A stretch of 64,000 nt of DNA from Rhynchobatus australiae (taxonomy: Eukaryota), in contig JAUZTB010000074.1 of NCBI GenBank assembly GCA_034780895.1, positions 11,629,127 to 11,693,126 of the forward strand. The letters are read 5' to 3'. The notes under the pieces were generated by a model that was not told where the DNA came from, searched no databases, and saw nothing but the letters and a program-made list of their open reading frames with translations. This document shows, in pieces, positions 12,340-25,730 of the stretch; position 1 is the first letter of the stretch, and every line of letters begins with the position of its first letter. Position numbers and translations under genes: made by a program.

Positions 12340-12700
12340 AAATGAAGAGAAATGACACTGTTAGTACTACAGGAGGCAGAAATATTAATACTGATCCTGT
12401 AACGCACATAATTTCCACTACAGGTACTGCAATAGATAGAAATAACCATAATGGTAGTGCAGTGGATAGAAATAAGATTTCAGGTACGGATACTGTAGTA
12501 GACAATAATAAGTACAGTTTCTATAATCCACAAAAATAGCAGTGTTGCATTGGGAGAGTTGCTACCCATTTATTGTAGCAAATGGGAAGAATAGCATGAA
12601 TCCCGCAATAAACAGAAATAACTTACACAATTGACAAGAGAAAGTGTACCAGTGGCATAATGGACAGAAATACACAACAGACCCTGAGTAGAAGTGACAG
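12340..12700. repeat. Degenerate ~30-bp tandem repeat
   Basis: Recurring (c)aggtactgca...gatagaaataa / gacagaaata units. Confidence 0.5.
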
Positions 12701-15700
12701 GTCAAGTGGGGATTTGAAGGAGCCAAGGTTGCCACGTTGGCTTGCACTGCTGGATCAGAACACTGCACTAATCTGGTGCTGTGTATGTGAGACCAGCTGA
12801 TGGGAGTATGGACAGAGAGTTTGGAGTGAATTGTAGATGTGATCGAATAGTAATGAACTTCACACTGACAGACTGGAAGATGGATGAAATGCTGGGCCTG
12901 GTCTCTGACCTTGCACAGTCTCTCTCTAATGTGGGTGGACAGCAAAGATTTCAGTTTCTGACCTCTCAGGCTTAAAGTGGGAACCTCAGTGCTGTGACAG
13001 CTCCATTGCAATTCAGGGCTTCCTGTAAGACTGTGTTTAGAAGTAAAACCTGCTTTCGAAGCAGTCACTCCAGGTTTTGCTCTTTCATTCATGTTTTGCA
13101 AGAATTACAGCAAACATTGCATATTTCCCAATGTGGGGACAGCCCCATTGCGTAGAGCAGATAAAAAGAAACAGAGTGTCATCTTTTTAATGTTATTATA
13201 TTTTAAATCAGCCACTTTGTGCTTATCAACCAAAAATATCACTTGGATGCTCAGAGTCCATGCACTGCCAAAGATCTTCCCTCAGGGGTATAATTTCTGT
13301 GACTGGGGAATATAACCACAAGGATATATTGGCTTTTAGTCTCTTTCTAGTTCTTCTACAGAGTCAGTCACATTGAGTCAGTGAATGTACTTCTTTATAG
13401 AGGTGGAAGAATTAAATACAATGTTCTGGTCTGCTCAATGTTCAGCAGCAAGTAGAGCTACATCCAAATTTCCTCCTGTGTTAATTTAGGTTCAGTAAAA
13501 CACTGTTAATTTGGCACGTTCAGGTCTTTGATGGTGCTGAACCAGCAAATGTTCTGGACTGTCAGATGTTATTCTATTAATGTTCCCAACACACATTTAC
13601 TTTTTCTTTAAATATTATACTGTAGAATAATAATTTTTCCTGGGAACACAGTATGTTTAAAGGGAGCATGGGAGATAAAATCCCAATAAGTTTAAAGCAA
13701 CCATGAGTTTAAAGCTAGCGTGGGCACCAGGGCCCAAGTGGGAAAAATGGGAGCAAGAGAACGGGAACCCCAGCCGATGGAGTGGGAGATGAACCATCGG
13801 GATTTCCGAATAGTCAGATAGTGGATGATTGGAGTTCTGCTGTATCTTTGAAGCAGGCCTGGTGTGTACTACCATTTCCTGAGCATCCTCAACCATAAGA
13901 AATGTCCAAGTTAAAAAGGGTACGGAAGTCTAGCAGCAGTTAAGCATTGTTCGATAAAAAAGGCAGGCAGAGAGCAAATGGTTTCATGCATATTTTCTAC
14001 CAAAGCTCTCAGCAGTGCCTTCAGTCCAGATTAGCAGTGTCCCACTGAGCATCAGGTCAACAGGCAAGAAATATCCAATGATATTCTTGGTGAGGATTCA
14101 TAGGCTTTCTCCAAAAATGCATGACCGCTCCTTGATCTGCCTTTCATCAACTCCGGGCCAATTCAATTTAAACCTCCTGGAAAGAGCTGGCGTTGTCTCT
14201 CAATCCTGCTCAAGAGTGTTCATCGTTGCAGCAATATCAAAGGCAGAGAAGGGTAAGATCACCAGGCTTTCCCTGTGCAGCAGGAATGCCCAGATTCAAT
14301 GGACAAGACGCTGGCCTAAGAAAGGTTGCTGCGGTTGCTTACCCTGCCAGTGACTTTGGCAAGGTGACAGAATATGTGGCTTGTTCATCTGTGTCACCTG
14401 AATCTGAATTATTCCCACGTGGCTCACTCCTCTGCTCTCCGAGTCTCCAAGCAGTTTTCCCCATAATGACACCTGTGCTGTGGCTGTAATCCTTACTTTC
14501 ACTTTCCCTCACATCTTTCTCCTTAGCTTCCCAATCTTCATCTGCTGCTTCTTTCTGTGCTGAATCCACAGCCTGCCCAATCATTGATGGGCCCAGCTTG
14601 GGAAAGCCCTTATTCCAAACTGCTTTAAAAATGCTCCTGAGAGTCACTCAATCACATAAGAACATAGAACACTACAGCACAGTACAGGCCNNNNNNNNNN
14701 NNNNNNNNNNNNNNNNNNNNNNNNNNNNNNNNNNNNNNNNNNNNNNNNNNNNNNNNNNNNNNNNNNNNNNNNNNNNNNNNNNNNNNNNNNNNNNNNNNNN
14801 NNNNNNNNNNNNNNNNNNNNNNNNNNNNNNNNNNNNNNNNNNNNNNNNNNNNNNNNNNNNNNNNNNNNNNNNNNNNNNNNNNNNNNNNNNNNNNNNNNNN
14901 NNNNNNNNNNNNNNNNNNNNNNNNNNNNNNNNNNNNNNNNNNNNNNNNNNNNNNNNNNNNNNNNNNNNNNNNNNNNNNNNNNNNNNNNNNNNNNNNNNNN
15001 NNNNNNNNNNNNNNNNNNNNNNNNNNNNNNNNNNNNNNNNNNNNNNNNNNNNNNNNNNNNNNNNNNNNNNNNNNNNNNNNNNNNNNNNNNNNNNNNNNNN
15101 NNNNNNNNNNNNNNNNNNNNNNNNNNNNNNNNNNNNNNNNNNNNNNNNNNNNNNNNNNNNNNNNNNNNNNNNNNNNNNNNNNNNNNNNNNNNNNNNNNNN
15201 NNNNNNNNNNNNNNNNNNNNNNNNNNNNNNNNNNNNNNNNNNNNNNNNNNNNNNNNNNNNNNNNNNNNNNNNNNNNNNNNNNNNNNNNNNNNNNNNNNNN
15301 NNNNNNNNNNNNNNNNNNNNNNNNNNNNNNNNNNNNNNNNNNNNNNNNNNNNNNNNNNNNNNNNNNNNNNNNTTGAGCTGAAGCAGTGATAATTCCTTTC
15401 CTCCCATAGATGCTGCTTGACCTGCTGAGTTCCTCCAGCAGATTGTTACTGCTGATAGGAATAAGATTTGCACATTTTTAAACCAAAACATTATTTGGTG
15501 CAATAATGGTGCAAATCAGAGTAATACATTCAAACAGATATTTCATCAGCTTTTTTTCAGTGTTATTGAAAGTGCAAAAAGCAACAGAGAAATTCAGAGC
15601 CACTGTGTGTCTGTGCTCCTAAAAAGAAACAACAGAACTGGACACTTCCTCCCAGTGCCCCTAACTCTGTCAGCAGAACTCTGCCAGATGTGGGGACTTT

Positions 15701-15865
15701 CCACCTCACTCCCACCAAAGTAACACCATCAAATTTGGGGAGGATTTTTATCTGTTAAATACAGGTACAGTATGTCCTCATTAGACAACTGACATAATTG
15801 CTGAATGTGGACATGTTCTGATCTCAATCAAAGTGCAATTGTTTCCCTTAATTGACCAGATATAT

Positions 15866-16220
15866 GTAGAACAGAGAACAGTACAGCAGAGGAACAGGCC
15901 CTTCGGCCCACAATGTCTGTGCCGGCCATGATGCCAAATTAAACTAATTCGATCTGCCTGAATGTGGTCCATATCCCTCCATTCCCTGCCTGTTCACAGG
16001 CCTGAATGTTGCTGTCGTAGCTGCTTCTACCACCTCCCCTTGCAGCCCATTCCAGGCACCTACCGCTCTCTGTGTAAACAAAAACTTGCTTCGTAAATCT
16101 CCTTTACACTTTCACCCTCTCAACTTAAAGCTACCTCCTCTAGTATTTGATATTTCCATCTTGGGAAAAACACTCTAACATTCTGTCTATCTACCTTGTC
16201 TATGCCTTTCATTATTTTAT
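15866..16220 (-). mobile_element. CR1 3' tail
   Basis: agaacagagaacagtacagcagaggaacaggcccttcggccc...; same family as 4366-5105. Confidence 0.85.
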
Positions 16221-16989
16221 ATTGTGAATATAAGATGATTGTCTGGAGAGTGACAGGCACAAACTTTTCATGTAGATAGATGTGGGTCTTCTAGCAGTGC
16301 TCATGGCATGTTAGATAATCCTAGCTGTGCGTTCTTTTTCTCTCTGTCTACTTTAATTCTTCTCTTGGGACACTTACTTCTGCCTGTGTGACTCCATGTC
16401 AAGTGAAGGGAGGTAAAGCAAGAGAGTGCTGACATTGTATTCATCCGTTGGTCTACTGCCTGGCTAAACTACTACAGCTGCCACTAGTCCATTCTCAGCT
16501 CAAGCTGCCAGCACCTAACCCTAATGCCTTAAATCCCATCACAATTTTCCCGAGGTTGATCACTGTGATTCCCCTCACACATATACTCTTTCCGCCCTCC
16601 ATTTGCCCTGGTCCACGTGGTCTCCTTGATGACCCCTGGGCCCTTACATTTATTTTCCCTTCCCACCCATCTCTCACCTTCCCAATTCTATCCCATACTC
16701 CATGCATTCTCCTTCTAGCCACCCTTTATCTGCATTACTTACCTCTGCTTACAGCCTCCCCTTTTGTCTACCCTCCTGTCTGCATCACCACACCCACCTC
16801 ATGACCCATTCTCCACCTCTCCCACTATTCACCCTCTCTGTCTCAAATTGGAAAACAGGGATTTTCAGAAGAATTTGCAGCACAAGGATGCTACACAAGG
16901 CCACAACAACAACCTCTCATTCAGTAAAATTGCTTCATGCTGATGTTAATGGTCCACGTAAATTTCCTCCCAAATCATCTCATCTCATC

Positions 16990-17290
16990 GTACTGATATA
17001 CTCTTCTATTCCTTACTCTCTCATTTCCTGTCCACCCTCCATTTACTTGCTTCACTTCTATTCACCTCAACTCTCCCATGTGACAGCAAGTTCCACATTC
17101 TCACTACTGTCTGGACAAAGAGGCTTCTCCTGAGTTCTTCACTGGAGCTATCATTGACTCTCTTATGCTTATGGTCTTTGTTTTCTCCTGTACAACTATA
17201 TTTCACAGTGAAAAAATCTGTCAAAAAATTGCCCCTCAGATCTCTTTGAAACTACTTTGCTTTCACCTTAAACTTGTGCCTGCTAGTTAA
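16990..17290 (-). mobile_element. Degraded CR1 3' fragment(s)
   Basis: Minus-strand peptide ELRRSLFVQTVVRMWNLL resembles CR1 RNFFTQRVVRMWNSL. Confidence 0.6.
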
Positions 17291-17477
17291 TGTAAAAGTG
17301 TTCATCAGAACTTCAGCCCAGAAAACTCTTACCCTTTAAATTTGTGAGTTGATGGGTGTTTTTGGATCTGTGTCACAAACTGATATCAAAACCAAAGTTC
17401 TGCAAATAAAACACCTGAAAATTCTTTGATTTCAAAACTTACTGAAACACAGACATGCAATACTCTGAGTATCACTA

Positions 17478-17565
17478 AAGTCAGAGTCAAAGTCAAGTTT
17501 ATTGTCCTCTGCACATGTGTGCACAGGTGCAATAAAGAACTTACTTGCAGCAGCATCACAGGCAC
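17478..17565 (-). mobile_element. Rex1/Babar-type LINE 3' tail
   Basis: aagtcagagtcaaagtcaagtttattgtc...cttacttgcagcagcatcacaggcac is the reverse complement of the tail at 57695-57790. Confidence 0.75.
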
Positions 17566-18529
17566 NNNNNNNNNNNNNNNNNNNNNNNNNNNNNNNNNNN
17601 NNNNNNNNNNNNNNNNNNNNNNNNNNNNNNNNNNNNNNNNNNNNNNNNNNNNNNNNNNNGTCCATTTTAGTGCAAAATGATCAAAGTGGTCATTTTTGTT
17701 TAAACTGTTATCAGATAACCTCAATAGATAATTCAGTAGGGAGGTCAGTGTTTATGCACCATCTCATTGTTGTGGAAAGTCATATTTAATTGCTGATTAG
17801 TTTTTTTTGTTTTAGAAATCTTAGGAAAAATAATTTTAAATATTTTGGTAAAATAATGCAGGAAATATCCCATCAGATCCCACAACAGATACCAATATCA
17901 CATAAGTTGGATTACCACATCCTGACGTCCCCAACACTGAACATCTCATCCCAATTCCTGCTGAGCCTGAACATCGCATCTCATCTGCTATCCCATGAGA
18001 TCCTATACTGCAGCCCCGATGTCCCATCAAATAGGATATGAGACCCTGGCATCTCATGAGATCAAACACCATATCCTTCTGTCCTGTGAAGTGCTTTGCC
18101 AAACCTCATATACTGCAGGGCACTACATTGTAACCTGGAAAGATCTATAAAAATGGCTTTTATCTTAAAATGATCAGATATCTTCACATTTTCCATGTGA
18201 TATCATCCAGTTCCCTGCCTGGTGAACAGCATTCCCAGCAGAGTCCATTATCTCAATGCCACGTAAGTATGTTCCTGTTTGGAAACTAAAATCCCAGAGG
18301 ATACAATCCCTTGAAAATTGTTGACTTTCATAACATGCTTGCTTGGTCCCTGATGAATCAAGTGGTTTATCCTGAGAATCATTGAACCTTTCAGAATAGG
18401 ACAGCCCAGGGTCTTGCTCCACCCAACCCAGGGGCTGTGTTCCATCCTTGGCCTGGGGTTGGGCTCCAAATATGTGGCAGGTCTACACACCACTTGTTCT
18501 TTTGACCAACAATGCGTGCTCCATGCATC

Positions 18530-19000
18530 CCATGGGTCTGTGCTCTATCTGTGCCCTGGGTCTGCACTCTCTCCGTGCCCTGGGTCTGTGCTCTCTCCAT
18601 GCACTGGGTCTGCACTCTCTCCGTGCCCTGAGTCTGTGCTCTCTCCATGCCCTGGGTCTGTGCTTTATCTGTGCACTGGGTCTGTGCTCTCTCCGTGCCC
18701 TGGGTCTGCGCTCTCTCCGTGCCCTGGGTCTGCGCGCTCTCCATGCCCTGGGTCTGCGCTGTCTCCGTGCACTGGGNNNNNNNNNNNNNNNNNNNNNNNN
18801 NNNNNNNNNNNNNNNNNNNNNNNNNNNNNNNNNNNNNNNNNNNNNNNNNNNNNNNNNNNNNNNNNNNNNNNNNNNNTCTGCGGGCTCTCCGTGGCCTGAG
18901 TCTGCGCTCTCTCCAGGCCCTGGGTCTGTCCTGTATCGGTGCACTGGGTCTACGGTCTTTCCATGCCCTGGGTCTGGCTTTATCCGTGCCTTGGACCTAC
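18530..19000. repeat. 24-bp minisatellite (tgggtctgtgctctctccgtgccc)n
   Basis: At least 14 near-identical units visible, spanning a gap; explains the 8-aa periodic ORFs in several frames. Confidence 0.95.
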
Positions 19001-20117
19001 ACTCCAACTATGTGGAGGGTTGTGCTCCATCCATTCCCTGAAGTACCTTCAGACAATTTGAAACACTCCAATACCTAAACATTTAAGAATGTCTAAACTA
19101 ACCAATTACCTAAAGCTTTCAACGTGTTCCACTCCATTCAAATCTTGATACTTTTTCCCCATGTGCTGCAGAACTCTTAGAAGAACTCCCCACCATAGGT
19201 TGTGTGCATTCATGCCAACTTCTTACTCCCTTGCAGAACTCCTGCATTGGACCAGGGATGAATCACTTGACAGCAAATTTCCCCATATGTATGTGCGTGC
19301 AGTGAAATCCCCAAATTTGCTGTCACTCAGGGTAATGATGCCAAAGCCTGACAATTTCACTGTCAAAATCCTCCTGCAAAATACAGGACAATGTTGCTTA
19401 GTGACTGATGCAGTGTTGTCAGTAGGCATTGCGAACACTCCTATTTACTCTCAAAGATTCATCGTTATACAGCAATGAAACAGGCCCTTCAGGCCAATGT
19501 GTTTGTACCAACCATGAAGCACCCATTTACAATAATCCAACACTAATTCCTTTCTATTCTCCCCAATACCCCTCACCTCCCCATAGCTTTTTCCACTCAG
19601 CTTCACCATCGAGGCAATTTACAGCTGGGAATTAAACTTGCAATCCACACACTGTTGGGAAACCAGAACACCAGTAGGAAATCCATGCAGTCACACTCTA
19701 AACGATTCCTACTAGACATCAGTTCTAATAATGTCATTGGAAACAGGATTAGCTTCAGCTGTAATACTTGTCCTGTAGTTCAGCAGCCAGTAACACTCAC
19801 TGTCTTGATGTATGTGTACTCCAATCTCATTAGTTTGAAATGTTTGTTGGGATAGTCCAACAAACCCCATAAAGAACCAATCTCATCGACAGAGAGAAAT
19901 GATGAGGAAGAGAAATTAAATTTCTGTTTCAAATTATGAATGCTGAATATTTCATTAAGTTTTACAATTCTTCATCTCAGTCTCATCAGTCCTAAAGCAT
20001 GCTGAACATTCAGTGAGTTTGCACATCACAAGCTTATAAGTCAACAGCAAAAAGAGAATTCTATGAAAATAATTACATTGTAAGTTTGTAATATGATTTC
20101 TGGCCCATGCTGATTTT

Positions 20118-20410
20118 CAAGTCAAGGCAAGTCAAGTCGAGTTTACTGTCATGTGCATAAGTATAGTGACGTACAGGTACAATGTAAAACTTGCTTGCAG
20201 CAGCATCACAGGACATAATTTCAGACAACACACAGAACATAAAATTATATGTAAATTATCAAAGAGAGTGAAGAAAAAGACTCTGCAAAACAAGACGTCA
20301 GTGTAAAAAGACACAATCAGAGACAAGTTCATGGTAGTGTAAGAGATGGCCCCCAGTATTCTTTTGCTGAGGTAGAACGAGGGCTGTGCAGGTTGGTTCA
20401 AGAATTTGTT
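20118..20410 (-). mobile_element. Rex1/Babar-type LINE 3' tail
   Basis: caagtcaaggcaagtcaagtcgagttt...cttgcttgcagcagcatcacagg...gcaggttggttcaagaa. Confidence 0.75.
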
Positions 20411-22999
20411 GAATTTTTCTGGGGTAGCCCAACTAACGGCTTGGTGCCCTAGACCAGGAAGGAGAGATGTTATCCAGAGCCACTCCACTTATTCCAATGG
20501 AAGTAGCTTGGATGCAGGGAGGGACGAGTTCAGTTGTAATGTCCCTGGGTGAAATACTAATATTTAATCTCTGTTCCTCTTCTCACCTTAAAGAATGAAA
20601 TAAATGTGAATCTAAAAATTCACCTTTATCATTGATAAATAAATGACTGAGCTTATGCATTATAAATCATATGAATTTTTAACGCTTGAGAAATGTAGAT
20701 GATTTATCATAGATAATTCCCAGCGAGGATTTGCAAATTAATAAATAAGTTACAGGAACCTTGTATTAAAGATATCACTCATGTCTGTCTACCTTCATCA
20801 TCAATGATTTATGATACATAACAAGGCGCTTGCTTATCGACGTAAAATTGTTGTACGTGTGAAGTTAATGGTGATAGTACATTAGTGTAAAAACATGCAG
20901 CATGTCTGCCAATCCCCTTGTCATCCTTTGGCAAAAAAAGCTCGATTGTGAAAAATCAGGCCATTACTGCACCCTGGCTCCATATATCTGTTTGTTTACA
21001 AGCAGCAATNNNNNNNNNNNNNNNNNNNNNNNNNNNNNNNNNNNNNNNNNNNNNNNNNNNNNNNNNNNNNNNNNNNNNNNNNNNNNNNNNNNNNNNNNNN
21101 NNNNNNNNNNNNNNNNNNNNNNNNNNNNNNNNNNNNNNNNNNNNNNNNNNNNNNNNNNNNNNNNNNNNNNNNNNNNNNNNNNNNNNNNNNNNNNNNNNNN
21201 NNNNNNNNNNNNNNNNNNNNNNNNNNNNNNNNNNNNNNNNNNNNNNNNNNNNNNNNNNNNNNNNNNNNNNNNNNNNNNNNNNNNNNNNNNNNNNNNNNNN
21301 NNNNNNNNNNNNNNNNNNNNNNNNNNNNNNNNNNNNNNNNNNNNNNNNNNNNNNNNNNNNNNNNNNNNNNNNNNNNNNNNNNNNNNNNNNNNNNNNNNNN
21401 NNNNNNNNNNNNNNNNNNNNNNNTTCAGGTGCTCATCTTCAATGTTGTCAGCAACCCAGCTTCAACTGCTCTCTCAGGCAGTGTATTCCAGGCACTTACC
21501 ACTCTCTGGTGGAGAAGGTCCCCCTCATACCACCTCCAAATCTCTTTCGCCTTACCCTAATCCTAGGTCCTCTAGTCTTATCTACCTCTGAAATCAGGAA
21601 ACAATTCCTGCTGTCTACCCTATCTATACCCTTCCTAATTTTATGGCAATATTTTTTTATGGATGGTCTCATCACCCATGGACTAAGGAAAGCAACATGT
21701 TTGGCACTCGAAATCCTGATATCCATCCAATGGCATCCCGTCCAGGGAACCTGGTTGAGGACAGGATCAGGTTTGGCTGTGATATCCTCCTTGGTTCAAT
21801 ATGCAGCTGACACTGCCTACATTCACACTTGAGGAGTGGCTGCTTGAGCGTGAAGACAAACATTGTCCATGGGCACGGGGAAAAGTAAGTCACTCCCTTC
21901 AGATGAAGGAGGGAAGAGAATTAGTTTAAAGACCAACAGAGTGTTGCAGTAATTCTCTATATCAGGTTCTCCTGTTAAGTTAATTATGTCATAATTTCCA
22001 TTCCCTGCGGCTGACTCAATTATGTTCCAACATGCATCTCCGTGTTGCTCAGATAATTGTATCTTAACACCTCCCTCATTAAATCTGCTTTGGCAGCTAA
22101 TAATAATGAAGGGGAGCAGAATAAATAAATTATTCAGATTTTAAACTTCTATTTTGACTACTTCCTGAGTCAGCCTTATCTAAACTTTTGACCTGTTTTT
22201 TTATATAAATATTCATTTACTAACTCTTTCTATGTAGATAAAGTTTTTCAGATAGTATCAGTCCCAATTATAGGCAGGCATTGGGTTTATATCTCCAGCA
22301 GTTTCATTAAAACTGGCCACTGATAACAGCATTATTCAATTGACTCTGTTGATAAGAATTCATTTCTAATAGAAAATATTCAGTCAGTACATAAAGCATT
22401 GTAATTTACATCCGCCCGACCTCCCCACTCACATCACATTCTCTCAATGCAAAATCAAAATACTTTGAATGCCGGAAATCTGTAGGAAATGCTGGAAATT
22501 CTCAGCAGGTCTGGCTATATCTCTGAAAGGGAGAGACTATTCATCAATCTGCAGGGTTAATGTTTCTCTCTCTGGAGATACTCCCTGATTTGGTGAGTTC
22601 CCTTGAACTTGTGCGAATGTCTGGAGACTACTTTCTCTCTCTCCATCAGTAACATCATCTNNNNNNNNNNNNNNNNNNNNNNNNNNNNNNNNNNNNNNNN
22701 NNNNNNNNNNNNNNNNNNNNNNNNNNNNNNNNNNNNNNNNNNNNNNNNNNNNNNNNNNNNAACATCATCTGTCAAATGTCTGCAGTTTCCTTATTCCCTT
22801 TCATTTTCAGTCTTCTGTATTTTCTGTCTAATATGGAGGATTATTGCAGTCCCACCCCTCCCCATCTAATTCCCATTTTCCCATCCATCCTACTCCAAGC
22901 TTTTCACCTCCACGATATCTCTAATGTTACTGCAAATCCCCAACCAACCCTTTAATTCTCATTCCAGTCTTTGTTCTTTTTTTCCTTCTTGTATCCACG

Positions 23000-23890
23000 T
23001 TTAGAGCTTAGAAGAGTTAGAGGGAACTTGATTGAAACATATAAGGTCATGACTTTTCACAGAGTGGATGTGTAGAGAATTGTTCCCTTTGTGGGAAAAA
23101 TCGACATCTAGAAATCTCTGTTTAAAATTAAAGCAGCACCCATTTAAGTCAGAGATGAGATTTTTTCTCTCTCTCTCACAGAGTTATATGTCTTTAGAAC
23201 TCTCTTCCTAAAAAGATTTTGGAAGCAGAGTCTTCTAATGTTCTTTGAGGCAGAGGTAGAGAGAGATTTGATGAGCTAGAGGGTGAAAAGTTATTGCAGA
23301 TAGACAGGGGCTGGGGAATTGAGGTTACAGTGAGATCAGCCTCTATCTAAGGAAGGATGTGCTAGCCTTGGAGAGGGTCTAGAGAGGTTCACAGGAAGGA
23401 TCCCAGGAATGAAAGGATTACACTTGAGGAGCATTTGATGTCTCTGGGCTTGTACTCGATGGAGTTCAGAAGGATGAGGGGGGGATCTCATTGAAACCAA
23501 CTGAATACTGAAAGGCCTGGATAGAGTGGACATGGAAAGAATATTTCCATTAGTAGGAGAGTCTAGGATCCAAGGTCACAGCTTCAGAATAAAGGGACAT
23601 CCCTTTAAAACTGAGATGAGGAGGAATTTCTTCAGCCAGAATCTGTGAAATCTGCTGCCACAGTGGAGACCAAGTCATTGGGTACATTGAAGACAGAGAT
23701 TGACAGGTTATTGATTGGTAAGAGGGTGAAGGGTTCCTTGGAAAAGGCAGGACAATAGGGTTGGGAAGAATAAACAGCCATGATTGAATGGCGGAACAGA
23801 CCTGATGGACCAAATGTCCTAATTCTGCTCTTATATCTTGTGGTCTTGACAGGCTGAGTGGACTGCTCCTGTTCCTAATTCATATATTCA
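23000..23890 (+). mobile_element. Old CR1 3' fragment with a younger CR1 (about 23341-23847) nested in its tail
   Basis: Old copy stops at gaggttacagtgagatcagc; young copy runs from ctctatctaaggaaggatgtgc to cttatatcttgtggtctt; old tail resumes at ggctgagtggactgctcctgttcct. Confidence 0.8.
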
Positions 23891-25650
23891 TATGTCTTTT
23901 GATAATAATGAATAAAAGGTGATATCTCCCCACAAGAAATTCTGGAGAATGCTACCTTTACAAGATTAAGTAAATTGGGCACTGGCATGACAGGATAGCT
24001 TGTTTGTGCTCAATGGGAAGAGTGATTTTGATAGTTTTGTCACAATTAACTGAAATGGACTGAACACAGTTGACCCCAGTGTCAGTCTGGGTTGAGTTAG
24101 AACAATGAGAAAGAAATGGATGTCATAGAAACAAAAGTCAAGTCAGACAATCATTGGGTGACATTACAGAGCTCAGAGTTTTTCTCCTGAATTTGAAGTG
24201 TTTTAATAATAAGCTGAACAGTATCAGCATGCCTGTTTCAGAAATAGATTGTATTTCATAAATATTAAACATGCATCAATTCCCATTATCTCCACCATGG
24301 CTTTTAACGTGATATTATAAAATTTATTGGTGAGCCGCTATTACCCCGAAATATCTTCATTTCTGCTTCTTATTAAATTCCTGCCTCACTGTCTCAAATA
24401 ATCAGAATGTGTGGGATATTACTTCAATAGCATTGGCTTCTGCACTAATTTCATCAGTGTGAAAGCCTCATAAGTCACAAGAACTGCCATCATGTGTAAG
24501 CAATCAGTTTTCTCACACCACTGAAGAACTCAAAGGACCCGCTTTCGTAAACCTATCATTATGGAGTATTTGTATCATCTAAAGGTGTAAGAAAAAGAGA
24601 AAATTATTTTTAATGTTTTTAGATAAGAAATTTCATTAATATATTTTGTGGATAAGATTTTATGATGCGTCTTTGGTCTTTCTAGCTGCTTTTTCACTGA
24701 GTTAATAAGATCACGGGATTCCAGTTCCCAGCATTTGGATCTTGTTCTGTAGGCATTAATCCTATATAAATTCCCTTTTTTTTTAAGTGGACTGTGGACC
24801 TAAGTAATTCCTTTAAAAAGCTTCTGTTTTGGAGATATTTTCTGGAGGTCATTGCATTTGGTCCATTTGGGATGTTTCTTCTGTTTCAAATCTACAGAAG
24901 GTCTGTGTTTCATTCTAGGTTCTGAACACTATCTATGAAGGGTTTCATCATTCTACAGTCTTATAATAACATTAGCACTCTCTGAAGAATCAGAGCACCC
25001 TCTAATTTAGAGCCATGCACTCTCCATGTAAGAATTAATCACCCTCGGGCATGTTAGAACTTTCCCTAATTTGTCCAATCATTCTTTCATATCTTCTGCT
25101 TTCTTTGATTTGTGATCATTCTGGGTATATGTGCTTCTCTTGTGCTAAGGGAGATCTTTGGAGAATTATGGAGAGCATGTTAAGAGGAAAAATGATTAGC
25201 AATAATTGTCGTGTTCATTTTAAGTGCAATATGAGAATTGTATTACAATAAAGTATNNNNNNNNNNNNNNNNNNNNNNNNNNNNNNNNNNNNNNNNNNNN
25301 NNNNNNNNNNNNNNNNNNNNNNNNNNNNNNNNNNNNNNNNNNNNNNNNNNNNNNNNNNNNNNNNNNNNNNNNNNNNNNNNNNNNNNNNNNNNNNNNNNNN
25401 NNNNNNNNNNNNNNNNNNNNNNNNNNNNNNAGGTGTATCGAAAAGAGGATCAAGCTGAGTGATGATTCCTACATATTGCATAACTGTGCAGTCCAGACAA
25501 GCTGGAGTAAGACTGCATCTAAGCAAAATCCTTCTCTGAATAAGGAGTAAACTAGCATGGAGATGTCAAAAAAAAATCAGTCAAAAGACTGAAAATTGAA
25601 ACTATGGAAAATATCCAATAATGAATGAGAAAAACCATGTTAATACTTTG

Positions 25651-25730
25651 GTCCAGATGAAGGGTCTCAACCCGAAACGTCAATGATCCGCCTGACCCGT
25701 TGAGTTTCTCCAGTGCTTTTTGTGTTGTTT
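25651..25730 (+). mobile_element. Penelope-like palindrome right arm with minimal hammerhead ribozyme-like motif
   Basis: cAgatga-a-gggt-ctca-accc-gaaac-gtc (25654-25681), followed by cgcctgacccgttgagtttctccag. Confidence 0.65.

Noticed and set aside
13900-14650. Acidic minus-strand ORF and faint plus-strand resemblance to REL-endonuclease LINE or Myb-like Harbinger ORFs
   Set aside because: Too few ordered motifs to assign; needs a profile search.
18391-19078. Cys/Arg-rich periodic ORFs, or a CRISPR-like array
   Set aside because: A 24-bp minisatellite open in several frames; no unique spacers and no cas genes.
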